The notes under the pieces: generated by a model
The model's input: only the letters and a program-made list of their open reading frames with translations
Databases searched by the model: none
Told to the model about the DNA's origin: nothing
In this document: piece after piece, positions 44,457-53,461 of the stretch
Numbering within the stretch: the first letter of the stretch is position 1
Layout of the letters: every line of letters starts with the position of its first letter
NCBI GenBank assembly: GCA_003141195.1
Contig: PLLC01000024.1
Span: 26,238-90,237 of the forward strand
Source of the DNA: Syntrophaceae bacterium
GTDB taxonomy: Bacteria; Desulfobacterota; Syntrophia; Syntrophales; UBA5619
Length of the DNA stretch: 64,000 bases
Reading direction: 5' to 3'
Translations under genes and position numbers: made by a program

Positions 44457-45761
44457 ATGGAAAGTGAAGCACTTTTTGCTGAGGAGGCTGAACCTCCAGG
44501 TAGTAGGACCGGCAACGGTCTGCAACCCTACGATGGACATGTTGGCACGTCCATGAACGTTCTCTACACCCCCGCCGCGGTTCCGGCCAGGCCGGCGCCA
44601 ATGCTGCCCGCTTTCAGCGACAGCCGGGCGAGGGCCTTCCGGAAGCGTTTTTTCCCGAACACCACCCTCAAGGAATGGAACGACTGGCACTGGCAGCTTC
44701 GCAACCGCATCCGCGACGCGGAGACATTGGGGAGGATGATCCGCCTGTCGGAGGATGAGCTCCACGCCATGATCGGCGCGGCGGGCTCCCTCCCGCTCGC
44801 GATCACCCCTTACTACATGAGCCTGATCGATCCGTGGAACTCGCGTCAGGCCCTGCGCCGGACGGTCGTGCCCACCGTGCATGAGCATTTCCGCAGCAGC
44901 GGCGAGGCGGACGACCCGCTCCACGAGGATGAGGACAGCCCGGTTCCCGGGATCGTCCACCGCTATCCGGACCGCGTTTTGTTTCTGGTGACGGGGATTT
45001 GCTCGACCTACTGCCGATACTGCACCCGGTCGCGGATGGTCGGGCACCACGGCAATCAATGCCTCAACACTGAACAGTGGGAAAAGGGAATCGCGTACAT
45101 CGCAGCGCACCCGGAGGTGCGGGACGTCCTTCTCTCCGGCGGCGATCCGCTGACCATGGCCGACGAACAATTGGAGTGGCTGCTCGCGCATCTGCGTCGG
45201 ATCCCCCACGTGGAGCTGGTCCGGATCGGCACGAAGGCGCCGGTCGTTCTCCCACAGCGGATCACACCTGCCCTGGTCAGGATGCTCCGGCGCTATCATC
45301 CCCTCTGGATCAGCATCCACACGGCCCATCCGGACGAATTGACCCCGGATGTCGCCCGGGCGTGCACGCGCCTCGCCGACGCGGGAATCCCGCTCGGGAG
45401 CCAGACGGTCCTGCTTTCCGGAATCAACGACAACGTGGAGACGATGAAGCGCCTCGTCCACGGCCTGCTGAAGATCCGGGTCAAGCCCTACTACCTCTAC
45501 CAGTGCGACCCGATCCCCGGGTCTTCCCATTTCCGGACCCCGGTCTCGAAGGGGCTGGAGGTAATCCGGGGCCTGCGGGGATTCACCACCGGCTATGCGG
45601 TACCGACCTACGTCATCGACGCCCCCGGCGGCGGCGGGAAGATCCCGCTCCTTCCGGAATACGTCGAGGGACGCGAGGAGGGCGACCTGCTCCTGCGCAA
45701 CTACGAGGGGAAGGTCTTCCGCTATCCGGACTGTCCATCGACGGAAGGCGTCATCCACTGA
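44457..45761 (+). CDS. kamA: lysine 2,3-aminomutase (KamA/AblA-type radical SAM, PLP-dependent)
   Basis: ATG 44457 with AGGAGG 8 nt upstream (track start 44412 lies inside the terminator). CSTYCRYCTR radical SAM motif. Strong collinearity with clostridial LAM (EDSPVPGIVHRYPDRVLFL..., RVKPYYLYQCD, YVIDAPGGGGK). Confidence 0.85.
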   Translation: MESEALFAEEAEPPGSRTGNGLQPYDGHVGTSMNVLYTPAAVPARPAPMLPAFSDSRARAFRKRFFPNTTLKEWNDWHWQLRNRIRDAETLGRMIRLSEDELHAMIGAAGSLPLAITPYYMSLIDPWNSRQALRRTVVPTVHEHFRSSGEADDPLHEDEDSPVPGIVHRYPDRVLFLVTGICSTYCRYCTRSRMVGHHGNQCLNTEQWEKGIAYIAAHPEVRDVLLSGGDPLTMADEQLEWLLAHLRRIPHVELVRIGTKAPVVLPQRITPALVRMLRRYHPLWISIHTAHPDELTPDVARACTRLADAGIPLGSQTVLLSGINDNVETMKRLVHGLLKIRVKPYYLYQCDPIPGSSHFRTPVSKGLEVIRGLRGFTTGYAVPTYVIDAPGGGGKIPLLPEYVEGREEGDLLLRNYEGKVFRYPDCPSTEGVIH

Positions 45762-45818
45762 AATCCCGCGCCCCCGTTCCCCTTGCCGGGAGCGGAGGGC
45801 GCGGATTCCGGGTTATCG

Positions 45819-45840
45819 TTCCCACGTTGGAGCGTGGGAA
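45819..45840. repeat. REP-like 8-bp hairpin TTCCCACG-ttggag-CGTGGGAA
   Basis: In the 91-nt spacer between kamA and the first ATP-grasp gene. Same TTCC..C/G..GGAA architecture as the hairpins at 6496-6558. Confidence 0.75.
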
Positions 45841-45852
45841 TAAGGAATCAAT

Positions 45853-46836
45853 GTGAAGATCGGCATCACATACGACCTCCGGGATGATTATATCGCCGAA
45901 AGCTACACGGAGGAAGAGACTGCGGAGTTCGACCACCCGCGGACGATCGCTGCGATCGAGGAGGCCCTGCAATCGCTAGGTTACGAGACGGATCGGATCG
46001 GCCATATCCGGGCGCTGGCCCGGCGGCTCGTCGCGGGCGAGCGGTGGGACCTCGTCTTCAACATCGCCGAGGGGCTCCGGGGTTTCGGCCGCGAGGCACA
46101 GGTCCCGGCCCTCCTGGACGCCTGGGAAATCCCCTACACCTTTTCCGATCCGCTGGTGCTTTCGCTCACCCTGCACAAGGGGATGACCAAACGGGTGATC
46201 CGCGACCTCGGAATCCCGACGCCGGATTTCGCCGTCGTCGAGACGCCGGAGGAGATTGCAGCCGTGGCGCTCCCCTTTCCGCTCTTCGCCAAGCCGGTTG
46301 CGGAGGGAACGGGGAAGGGGGTCACCGCGGCCTCGAAGATCGAGGACCGGACGGAACTCGCGCGCATCTGCCGGGAATTGTTAGCAACTTTTTTTCAGCC
46401 CGTCCTGATCGAGACCTTTCTCCCGGGCAGGGAATTCACCGTCGGGATCATCGGGACCGGCACGGAGGCGTTCGTCCCCGGGGTGATGGAGGTTCATCTC
46501 ACGGAAAAGGCGGAGAAAGAGGTCTATTCCTACGCGAACAAGGAAGACTGGCACGGGCGGATCGAGTATCGTCTTGCCGCGGACGCAATGGCCCTGGCGG
46601 CGGAGAAAACGGCGCTGGCGGCCTGGCGCGGTCTCGGTTGTCGCGACGGGGGGAGGATCGACCTGCGCGCCGACGCAAACGGGGTGCCGAATTTCATCGA
46701 GGTGAACCCCCTGGCGGGGCTCCGACCCGAACACTCGGATCTGCCGATCCTCTGCGAGCTCGCCGGCATGCCCTACCGGGAGCTGATCGCCGGGATCATG
46801 CGCTCCGCCCTGAAACACATCGGAAACGGATCATGA
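45853..46836 (+). CDS. D-alanine--D-alanine ligase-like ATP-grasp enzyme (1)
   Basis: 327 aa, GTG start with AAGGAA RBS. ATP-grasp features FPLFAKPVAEGTGKGV, PGREFTVGIIG, RIDLR....VPNFIEVNPLAGL. Confidence 0.8.
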   Translation: MKIGITYDLRDDYIAESYTEEETAEFDHPRTIAAIEEALQSLGYETDRIGHIRALARRLVAGERWDLVFNIAEGLRGFGREAQVPALLDAWEIPYTFSDPLVLSLTLHKGMTKRVIRDLGIPTPDFAVVETPEEIAAVALPFPLFAKPVAEGTGKGVTAASKIEDRTELARICRELLATFFQPVLIETFLPGREFTVGIIGTGTEAFVPGVMEVHLTEKAEKEVYSYANKEDWHGRIEYRLAADAMALAAEKTALAAWRGLGCRDGGRIDLRADANGVPNFIEVNPLAGLRPEHSDLPILCELAGMPYRELIAGIMRSALKHIGNGS

Positions 46837-46846
46837 AAATATACGA

Positions 46847-46962
46847 CTTCGGAAAAGCTCCATATGCGGCGTTGTGCTTCCTCCTTCGTCGTTGCGGCGT
46901 ACATCAAAGTACGCCGCACTCCTCAGGGGTCGTGCGCCTTGCCTCTGGAGCTTTTTGCGAAG
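46847..46962. repeat. nested inverted-repeat element (outer ~16-bp stem, inner perfect 9-bp hairpin) between the two ATP-grasp genes
   Basis: Outer arms CTTCGGAAAAGCTCCA (46847-46862) and TGGAGCTTTTTGCGAAG (46946-46962), with a 1-nt bulge. Inner GCGGCGTAC (46894-46902) and GTACGCCGC (46909-46917). Confidence 0.75.
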
Positions 46963-47005
46963 CCGTCCCGGATGCAAAGCCTTACCGGTTTATGACGGGT
47001 TCATC

Positions 47006-48019
47006 ATGAAAATTGCCGTCATCCACGGAGAGGTGGCCGCAGGGGCAGGCCGGGACGAACGGGATGTCCTCACGCAGGTCGATTTCGTCTCCCGGGGACT
47101 TGTCGCCCTGGGCCATGAGCCCGTTGTCGTTCCTGCCTCCCTGAACCTCGAAGCGGTCGCGCAGACGCTTACGGATCTGCAGCCCGAGATGGTCTTCAAT
47201 CTCGTGGAGACGCTCGCCGGAAAGGGGAGTCTGATCCACATCGTTCCTTCCCTTCTCGACGCTCTGAAGATCCCTTACACCGGCGCGGGGACGGAGGCGA
47301 TGCTCCTCACGTCGAACAAACTCCTCGCGAAGCGTTGGCTCTCCGCCGCCGGTCTCCCGACGCCGGCGTGGTTCACGACCGCGGAAACGCATGAGGAATT
47401 GCGCGTGGAAGGGGCGTGGCTTGTCAAGTCGGCCTGGGAGCATGCCTCCATCGGCCTCGACGAGGATTCTGTCCTCTTCGGGGCGGACCGGAAGCGGCTC
47501 CTCGCGGAGATGGACGTCCGTAGGAACTCACTGGGCGGGGCCTGTCTGGCCGAGGCCTACATCGACGGCCGGGAATTGAACCTCTCGCTCCTCACGGGCG
47601 AGGGCGGGCCGGAGGTGCTCCCCCCAGCAGAGATTCGCTTCGATGCCTACCCGCCGGGGAAGGTCCGCGTCGTCGGCTACCGCTCGAAATGGGAGGAGGG
47701 GACGTTCGAATTCGCGAACACCCCCCGGATCTTCGAGTTTCCGGCGCAAGATGCCCCTCTCATCGCGAAACTGAAAGACCTTGCCCTCCGGTGCTGGAAT
47801 CTCTTCGATCTGCGGGGATACGCCCGGGTCGATTTCCGCGTGGACAGAGCGGGACGGCCCTGGATCCTCGAGGTGAACACGAACCCCTGTCTCTCGCCGG
47901 ACGCGGGCTTCTCCGCGGCGACCCTTCGCGCGGGCCTGACGTTCCCGGACGTCCTTTGCCGCATCATCAACAAGAGGGAACAGCTCCCGATGATCACCGT
48001 TCATCCTGTGGAGAAATAA
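47006..48019 (+). CDS. D-alanine--D-alanine ligase-like ATP-grasp enzyme (2)
   Basis: True start MKIAVIHGEV at ATG 47006 (track ORF from 46874 runs through the repeat element). ATP-grasp motifs WLVKSAWEHASIG, DGRELNLSLL, RVDFR...GRPWILEVNTNPCLS. Confidence 0.8.
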   Translation: MKIAVIHGEVAAGAGRDERDVLTQVDFVSRGLVALGHEPVVVPASLNLEAVAQTLTDLQPEMVFNLVETLAGKGSLIHIVPSLLDALKIPYTGAGTEAMLLTSNKLLAKRWLSAAGLPTPAWFTTAETHEELRVEGAWLVKSAWEHASIGLDEDSVLFGADRKRLLAEMDVRRNSLGGACLAEAYIDGRELNLSLLTGEGGPEVLPPAEIRFDAYPPGKVRVVGYRSKWEEGTFEFANTPRIFEFPAQDAPLIAKLKDLALRCWNLFDLRGYARVDFRVDRAGRPWILEVNTNPCLSPDAGFSAATLRAGLTFPDVLCRIINKREQLPMITVHPVEK

Positions 48020-48160
48020 CGGTCATGGTGGGGGCCCTGACAGGTTAAACGCGACATGATCCAACAAGGTCAAAAGGTTACAATACAGGCGCTTTGCACA
48101 GGGTGGAGAAATCCCCGTCCCGGCGAAGATCCTGTTCCAATCAACGAGGTGATAAGTAAC

Positions 48161-48508
48161 GTGCTGAAACCGCTTATATTGTTAACATTTTCAAACCTCT
48201 TCATGACGTTTGCGTGGTACGGCCACCTGAAGAACATGAACGGGAAGCCCCTGTTCCTGATCATCCTCCTGAGCTGGGGGATTGCCTTTTTCGAATACGT
48301 TCTCCAGGTGCCCGCGAACCGGATCGGTATCCATTATTTCAACCTGGGCCAATTGAAGGTCATCCAGGAGATCATTACGATGACCGTCTTTGCCGGCTTC
48401 GCCTTCTTCTTCATGAGGCAGCCCTTGAAACTGAATTACCTCTGGGCGGGATTCTGCCTCATCGGCGCGGCCTATTTCATGTTCCGGGGAGGCATACCCC
48501 ATGCCTGA
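48161..48508 (+). CDS. DUF486 / small DMT-superfamily membrane protein
   Basis: GTG 48161 with AGGTGA upstream (track ORF from 48056). LLTFSNLFMTFAWYGHLK is the family N-terminal signature. Four hydrophobic helices, 115 aa. Confidence 0.7.
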   Translation: MLKPLILLTFSNLFMTFAWYGHLKNMNGKPLFLIILLSWGIAFFEYVLQVPANRIGIHYFNLGQLKVIQEIITMTVFAGFAFFFMRQPLKLNYLWAGFCLIGAAYFMFRGGIPHA

Positions 48509-49025
48509 AAAAAATCGGGAGAGGTTCCCCCTTTTCATCACACACCGCGAGGATGTTCGGCCGGAGGACCGGCAGGCGGTCGGCCAACTCGTCCGCGCGA
48601 CGGGGTTCTTCTCGGAGGAGGAGGCGAACATTGCCGTGGAGCTCGTCGAGGAGCGGCTGGCCAAGGGCGATGCGAGCGGCTACTTCTTCCTCCTTGCCGA
48701 AGAGGGAAATCGTCTGCTCGGCTACACCTGCTTCGGCCCGATACCCGGCAGCGTTCACAGCTTCGACCTCTACTGGATCGCCGTGGATCCCGGGGAGCAG
48801 GGACGGGGGGTCGGACGGACGCTCATGGCCGCCGCGGAGCGGATCATGGCCGGGTGCGGGGCGCGCCGGCTTTACGCGGACACCTCTTCCCTCCCCCAGT
48901 ACGAGCCGACCCGCGCCTTCTACCTCGCCTGCGGCTACCTTGAGGAGGCCTTCCTGACCGACTTCTACGCCCCGGGAGACGGCAAGGTGATCTTCGTAAA
49001 GACCCTTCCCGCCTGCGCGCCCTGA
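48501..49025 (+). CDS. GNAT-family N-acetyltransferase
   Basis: 174 aa with GGGGAGG RBS. Start overlaps the DUF486 gene end by 8 nt. Acetyl-CoA motif VDPGEQGRGVGRTLM. Confidence 0.85.
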   Translation: MPEKNRERFPLFITHREDVRPEDRQAVGQLVRATGFFSEEEANIAVELVEERLAKGDASGYFFLLAEEGNRLLGYTCFGPIPGSVHSFDLYWIAVDPGEQGRGVGRTLMAAAERIMAGCGARRLYADTSSLPQYEPTRAFYLACGYLEEAFLTDFYAPGDGKVIFVKTLPACAP

Positions 49026-49155
49026 GGATCCGCATGAATATTCTTGCTTCCTTCCATACCAACTGGTAATAAATACCATTACCTTTGCTCATGCGAGATA
49101 GGATACCGCCCCCTGCTCCGGGTAACGGAGAGACCCTTCAAAAGGAGGCGGGGGT

Positions 49156-49181
49156 GCCGCTTGGATGCGGCTTTGCTTTTT
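49156..49181 (+). terminator. weak intrinsic terminator after the GNAT gene
   Basis: GCCGC-ttggat-GCGGC (49156-49171) followed by the T-rich tract TTTGCTTTTT. Confidence 0.35.
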
Positions 49182-49217
49182 GTATTGCACGACGATGAGG
49201 GAGGAGAGATCGGCGCC

Positions 49218-49838
49218 ATGAGATTCATTCCGAAGGAAGAAAAATTCTTCGACCTTTTTGAGGAGCTCGTCGGCCGGATCGAGGCCGGGGGGAAACTATT
49301 TTTGGAGATGGTGGAAAACGGCGCCTACAGCGAGGCGCAGGCTGCCCGCCTCAAGGAAATCGAGCACGAGGCAGACATCATCACCCACCAGACCTACGAG
49401 AAGATGCACACCACCTTCCTCACCCCGCTCGACCGCGAGGATATCTGCAACCTCGTCAATAAGATGGACAGCATCCTCGACATGACGGAGGCGGCCGCTG
49501 CCCGGATCATCCTCTACCGGGTGAAGGAGCCGTCGCCGACGATCGTCGATCAAGCCCGGGTCCTCAACGAGACGATCGTCAAGCTGAAGACAATCATCCA
49601 CGGCCTTCGGGACATGAAGCACGCCTCGATGATCCTCCAGACCTGCGTCGAGATCCACACCCTGGAAAACGCCGGGGATGTGATCCTGCGCACAACGATG
49701 GCCCATCTCTTCGAGAACGAACCGGACGTCCGCGAACTGATCAAGTGGAAAGAGATCCACGAGAGGATCGAAGAGGCGATCGATGTCTGCGAGGACGTCT
49801 CCAACATTGTGGAGGGGATCGTCCTGAAAAATGGCTGA
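49218..49838 (+). CDS. DUF47 (PhoU-like, TIGR00153) phosphate-transport accessory protein
   Basis: ATG 49218 with GAGGGAGGAGAG upstream (track ORF from 49044). MRFIPKEEKFFDLFEE... is typical. Overlaps the downstream PiT gene by 8 nt. Confidence 0.8.
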   Translation: MRFIPKEEKFFDLFEELVGRIEAGGKLFLEMVENGAYSEAQAARLKEIEHEADIITHQTYEKMHTTFLTPLDREDICNLVNKMDSILDMTEAAAARIILYRVKEPSPTIVDQARVLNETIVKLKTIIHGLRDMKHASMILQTCVEIHTLENAGDVILRTTMAHLFENEPDVRELIKWKEIHERIEEAIDVCEDVSNIVEGIVLKNG

Positions 49839-50823
49839 TGCGCTTCTCGTCATCTTCCTCGTTCTGACGGCGCTGGCGTTTGACTTCATCAACGGCTTCC
49901 ACGACTCGGCGAACGCCATCTCGACCATCGTCTCGACGCGGGTCCTCTCCCCCCGCCAAGCGGTTCTCTGGGCGGCCTTCTTCAATTTCATCGCCCTCTT
50001 CCTCGTCGGCGTTCCTGTCGCGAAGACGATCGGCACCGGGATCATTCGTCCCGATATCATCAGCGATGCGGTGATCTTCGCGGCGCTCGGCGGGGCGATC
50101 GCCTGGAACCTGATCACCTGGTACTTCGGCCTGCCGAGCAGCTCCTCCCATGCCTTGATCGGCGGCCTGATGGGCGTCGGATTCGTGAAGGGGGGGATGA
50201 AGGTCCTTGTCCTCTCCGGGATCACGAAGACGGCGATCTTCATCGTCCTCTCGCCTGCAATCGGCATGGTGCTGGGACTCGTCTTCATGGTCACCGTCCT
50301 GAACCTTTGCCGGAACTCCACAGTCTATCGGGCGGACCGGATCTTCCGGAGACTCCAACTGCTTTCCTCCGCTGTCTTCAGCATGGGACACGGGATGAAC
50401 GACGCCCAGAAGACGATGGGAATCATCGCGATGGTCCTTTTCGGCCGGGGGATTTCGGGGCCGGTTTTCCACATCCCCCTTTGGGTGGAAATCGTCTGCT
50501 ACACGACGATTGCGATGGGAACGATGGCGGGTGGATGGCGGATCGTCAAGACGATGGGAACCAAAATCACGAAACTCCGGCCGATGGGGGGATTCTGTGC
50601 GGAGGCGGCGGCCGCCGGGGCAATCATCGGGGCGTCGCTGGCCGGCATCCCCGTGAGTACGACCCACACGATCACCGGCGCTATCGTCGGCGTCGGCGCA
50701 ACGCACCGCATCACCGCGGTGCGTTGGGGGTTGGCGGGAACCATTGTCTGGGGTTGGGTTCTGACGATTCCTCTCACGGCGCTCATCTCCGCCGCGATTT
50801 ACACCCTCCTGACAGTCTGGTAA
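49831..50823 (+). CDS. pit: inorganic phosphate transporter, PiT (PHO4) family
   Basis: 330 aa. FDFINGFHDSANAI and GHGMNDAQKTMGII PiT signature repeats. About 10 TM helices. Confidence 0.9.
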   Translation: MADALLVIFLVLTALAFDFINGFHDSANAISTIVSTRVLSPRQAVLWAAFFNFIALFLVGVPVAKTIGTGIIRPDIISDAVIFAALGGAIAWNLITWYFGLPSSSSHALIGGLMGVGFVKGGMKVLVLSGITKTAIFIVLSPAIGMVLGLVFMVTVLNLCRNSTVYRADRIFRRLQLLSSAVFSMGHGMNDAQKTMGIIAMVLFGRGISGPVFHIPLWVEIVCYTTIAMGTMAGGWRIVKTMGTKITKLRPMGGFCAEAAAAGAIIGASLAGIPVSTTHTITGAIVGVGATHRITAVRWGLAGTIVWGWVLTIPLTALISAAIYTLLTVW

Positions 50824-50827
50824 TTGC

Positions 50828-50862
50828 GTACGGACGCCGTACTTAATTCTTCCGGAATTAAG
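50828..50862. terminator. two adjacent hairpins between convergent pit and HAD genes
   Basis: GTACGG-acg-CCGTAC (50828-50842) and CTTAATTC-ttccg-GAATTAAG (50842-50862). Confidence 0.4.
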
Positions 50863-50911
50863 GGCAAAGCATGATCGAATATCAATAAGTTATCTTCACC
50901 CTTCGACAAGC

Positions 50912-51730
50912 TCAGGGTGACATCTTCAACTTTTTACGAAGCCGTAAAGTCCCCGGAATACCAGAATTCAACAGGTCGGCAATGCTCTGGAGGACATAGT
51001 CGGGACGGACGGGGGAGGCCTCCAGCATCTTTGCGTCGGTGACGCCGGTCATGACGAGGGCCGTCTTCATGCCCGCCTCCAGCCCCATGCGGATATCCGT
51101 TTCCAGACGGTCGCCGATGAGGATGCATTCCGCGGCTCCCAGCCCCATCACCTCCAGGGCCGTCTGCACGGTGATGGGTGAGGGTTTGCCCACGATGATC
51201 TCGACGGATTTCTGCGTCACCGCCTCCAGGGCGGCGATGATCCCGGCGCAGTCGGGAAGCTCCCCGCCTTCCACGGGGCAGGTCCGGTCGGGGTTGGTGG
51301 CGATGAAGTGGGCCCCTTTTTTGATTGCCTGGAAGGCGATGTTGAACTTCCGGTAATCGAAGGTCCGATCGAAGGCGGCCACGACGTATTCGATCTCATG
51401 GGGATCCTCGGTCAGACGGAAACCGGCCTTGGCCATCTCCGCCACAAAGGGGAGCTCCCCCATGACGAAGACCTTCGCATCCGGCGCAACCCTCTGCAGA
51501 TAACGGATCAGCACGAAGGTCGAGTTGACCACCTCCGAAGGCGTCGTGGGGATGCCGAGGCGCGTCAGTTTGGCCGCATAGTCCTCACGGGTATAGAGGG
51601 GCTTGTTGGAGAGAAAGACGACTTTTCTGCCCCCTTCCCGCAACAGGCGGATGATCCGGTCGGCGCCGGGGATCAGGCGCTCTCCCAGATAGACCGTCCC
51701 GTCCAGATCGAAGATGAATCCCTTGAACAT
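50912..51730 (-). CDS. HAD-IIA family phosphatase (NagD-like)
   Basis: 272 aa. FDLDGTVY motif I, FLSNK motif II, GDRLETDI motif IV. Its ATG directly abuts the permease stop (TAAATG). Confidence 0.85.
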   Translation of the reverse strand: MFKGFIFDLDGTVYLGERLIPGADRIIRLLREGGRKVVFLSNKPLYTREDYAAKLTRLGIPTTPSEVVNSTFVLIRYLQRVAPDAKVFVMGELPFVAEMAKAGFRLTEDPHEIEYVVAAFDRTFDYRKFNIAFQAIKKGAHFIATNPDRTCPVEGGELPDCAGIIAALEAVTQKSVEIIVGKPSPITVQTALEVMGLGAAECILIGDRLETDIRMGLEAGMKTALVMTGVTDAKMLEASPVRPDYVLQSIADLLNSGIPGTLRLRKKLKMSP

Positions 51731-53443
51731 TTAGCCGAAGACGCCTCCCATCTTGGAGCCGGCCATGCGGTTGATGATGAACAGGCAGGCGGCGCCGAGG
51801 ATCAGCAGAATGAAACCGAGGGCGGCCGCCTCGTTGACGGAGCCGCCGATATAGAAGTTGAAGATGCCCACCGTCATCATCTCATGGCCTGGCACCACCA
51901 GAAGCAAAGTGGCCGACTGCTCCTGGAGGGCCAGGATGAAGGAGTAGAGTGAGCCCACCAGGACCCCCTTCCAGATCAGGGGCAGCGTGACGTCCTTGAA
52001 GGTCATCGTCTTCGTGGCGCCGACACTTTCCGCCGCCTCCTCGAAGGAGCGGTGGACGATCAGCAGCGAGGCGAAGGTTCCCCGCACCGTATAGGGGAGG
52101 CGCCGGACCGCCAGGACGATGGGAATGATGATCCACATGCCGATGAGGGCCGTACCCATGAACGGAAAGGGGTCCCGGAAGGCGCGCATGTAGGCGATGC
52201 CGATGCCGGTCCCCGGCAGGGCCAGGATCAGCGTCGTCAGCGAATCCAGAACCCCCCGCCCCGGAAGTTTGGTCCGGGACATCACCCAGGCCACGGGCAC
52301 CCCCACGGCGATACAGATCACGACCGATATCCCCGAATAGAGCAGGCTGTTGATGATGAACTTGGGCGTTTCGATGGCCACCCGCTCGAAATACTGGAGC
52401 GTGTACTTCACCGGAATGGGGGTCAGCGCCCAGCCCTTGCCGAAGGAATCCAGCGCCAGCCCGAGATAGGGGATAAAGGCCAGGATCAGGATGGATATGA
52501 GGAAGGCAATCGCCCCCGCCTGCGCCGGGGGAGAGAGTTTCTTCCGCTCGATCACCGAATAGGAGAGGGAGCTGTAATCCTTGATTGATACGTACTTCTT
52601 GGCGATGATCAAAAACAGGATGGCCAGGATCACCATAATGGCCGAAATGACGATTCCCATCTTGAAGAGCCGCCGGTCCACAAACTGGACGATGTTCAGA
52701 TAGGCCTGGGAGGCGAGCAGGTCGGAGATTCCGACCACCATCGGCGTGGCGAAATCGGCAAAGGTCCAGATGAAGACCAGAAGCGCCCCGGAGACGTACC
52801 CGGGGGTGGTCAGCGGGAAGGTGATGTCCCAGAACTTGCGGATCCCGCGCGATCCGACGCTCTCGGCCGCCTCGTCCAGAGAGGGCGATATCTTCCCCAT
52901 GGCGTCAACGATGGAGAGCGTCATCAGCGGAAACAGGTGCAGCGTCTCCACCAGGAGCACCCCGTGGAGCCCGTACATGAAGTTGATCGGATGCTGGAGG
53001 CCGAAATAGTCCTGAAGGATGATGTTGACTGTTCCGGCGCGGCCCAGGATGAAGACGAAACCCATAACGCCGACCAGGGGGGGCATGATCATCGGGATGA
53101 TCGTCAGATACGAGAAGAGCCCCCGGCCGGGAAAATCGTACCGCAAGAGCAAAAACGCGATGGCGATGCCGATGATAGAGGTGGTGATCACGGTGGCCAC
53201 GCCGAGGATCAGGGAGTTGATCAGGGTCTTCAGGTAGAAGGCGTCGGTGAAGAAATCCTGGAAATTCGAGATGGTGAAGACACCCGCCTCGGTCGTGAAA
53301 CTGTCGTAGAAGAGCCGGATCAGCGGATAGATCAGAAAGATGATGAAAAAGGCCCAGATGGCGGCATAACCCAGAACGCCGCTTATCTTCATCTCCGACC
53401 AGACACTGGGCTTGGGCAGGGCAACGGTGTTTTTGATTTCCAC
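51731..53443 (-). CDS. ABC transporter permease, fused two-domain, importer 3
   Basis: 570 aa, GTG start with GAGAGGA RBS (alternative ATG 53392). Two EAA-loop repeats (LDEAAESVGSRGIRKF..., FEEAAESVGATKTMTF...). Confidence 0.85.
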   Translation of the reverse strand: MEIKNTVALPKPSVWSEMKISGVLGYAAIWAFFIIFLIYPLIRLFYDSFTTEAGVFTISNFQDFFTDAFYLKTLINSLILGVATVITTSIIGIAIAFLLLRYDFPGRGLFSYLTIIPMIMPPLVGVMGFVFILGRAGTVNIILQDYFGLQHPINFMYGLHGVLLVETLHLFPLMTLSIVDAMGKISPSLDEAAESVGSRGIRKFWDITFPLTTPGYVSGALLVFIWTFADFATPMVVGISDLLASQAYLNIVQFVDRRLFKMGIVISAIMVILAILFLIIAKKYVSIKDYSSLSYSVIERKKLSPPAQAGAIAFLISILILAFIPYLGLALDSFGKGWALTPIPVKYTLQYFERVAIETPKFIINSLLYSGISVVICIAVGVPVAWVMSRTKLPGRGVLDSLTTLILALPGTGIGIAYMRAFRDPFPFMGTALIGMWIIIPIVLAVRRLPYTVRGTFASLLIVHRSFEEAAESVGATKTMTFKDVTLPLIWKGVLVGSLYSFILALQEQSATLLLVVPGHEMMTVGIFNFYIGGSVNEAAALGFILLILGAACLFIINRMAGSKMGGVFG

Positions 53444-53461
53444 GTTCGGTGTCCTCTCTTC

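Noticed and set aside
44433-45758. 441-aa minus-strand ORF
   Set aside because: It is an exact antisense shadow of kamA. The plus-strand product has the CxxxCxxC motif and near-complete collinearity with lysine 2,3-aminomutase.
44457-45761. Alternative call as glutamate 2,3-aminomutase
   Set aside because: Both positions equivalent to the lysine epsilon-amino-binding aspartates of clostridial LAM are Asp (QCD and VIDAPGGGGK) rather than the Lys/Asn pair I recall for glutamate 2,3-aminomutases. This still needs an alignment to confirm.
50849-50862. 14-nt exact repeat CTTCCGGAATTAAG, also at 61974-61987
   Set aside because: By rough estimate, several 14-mer coincidences are expected by chance in 64 kb on two strands. 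There is no extended similarity on either side.
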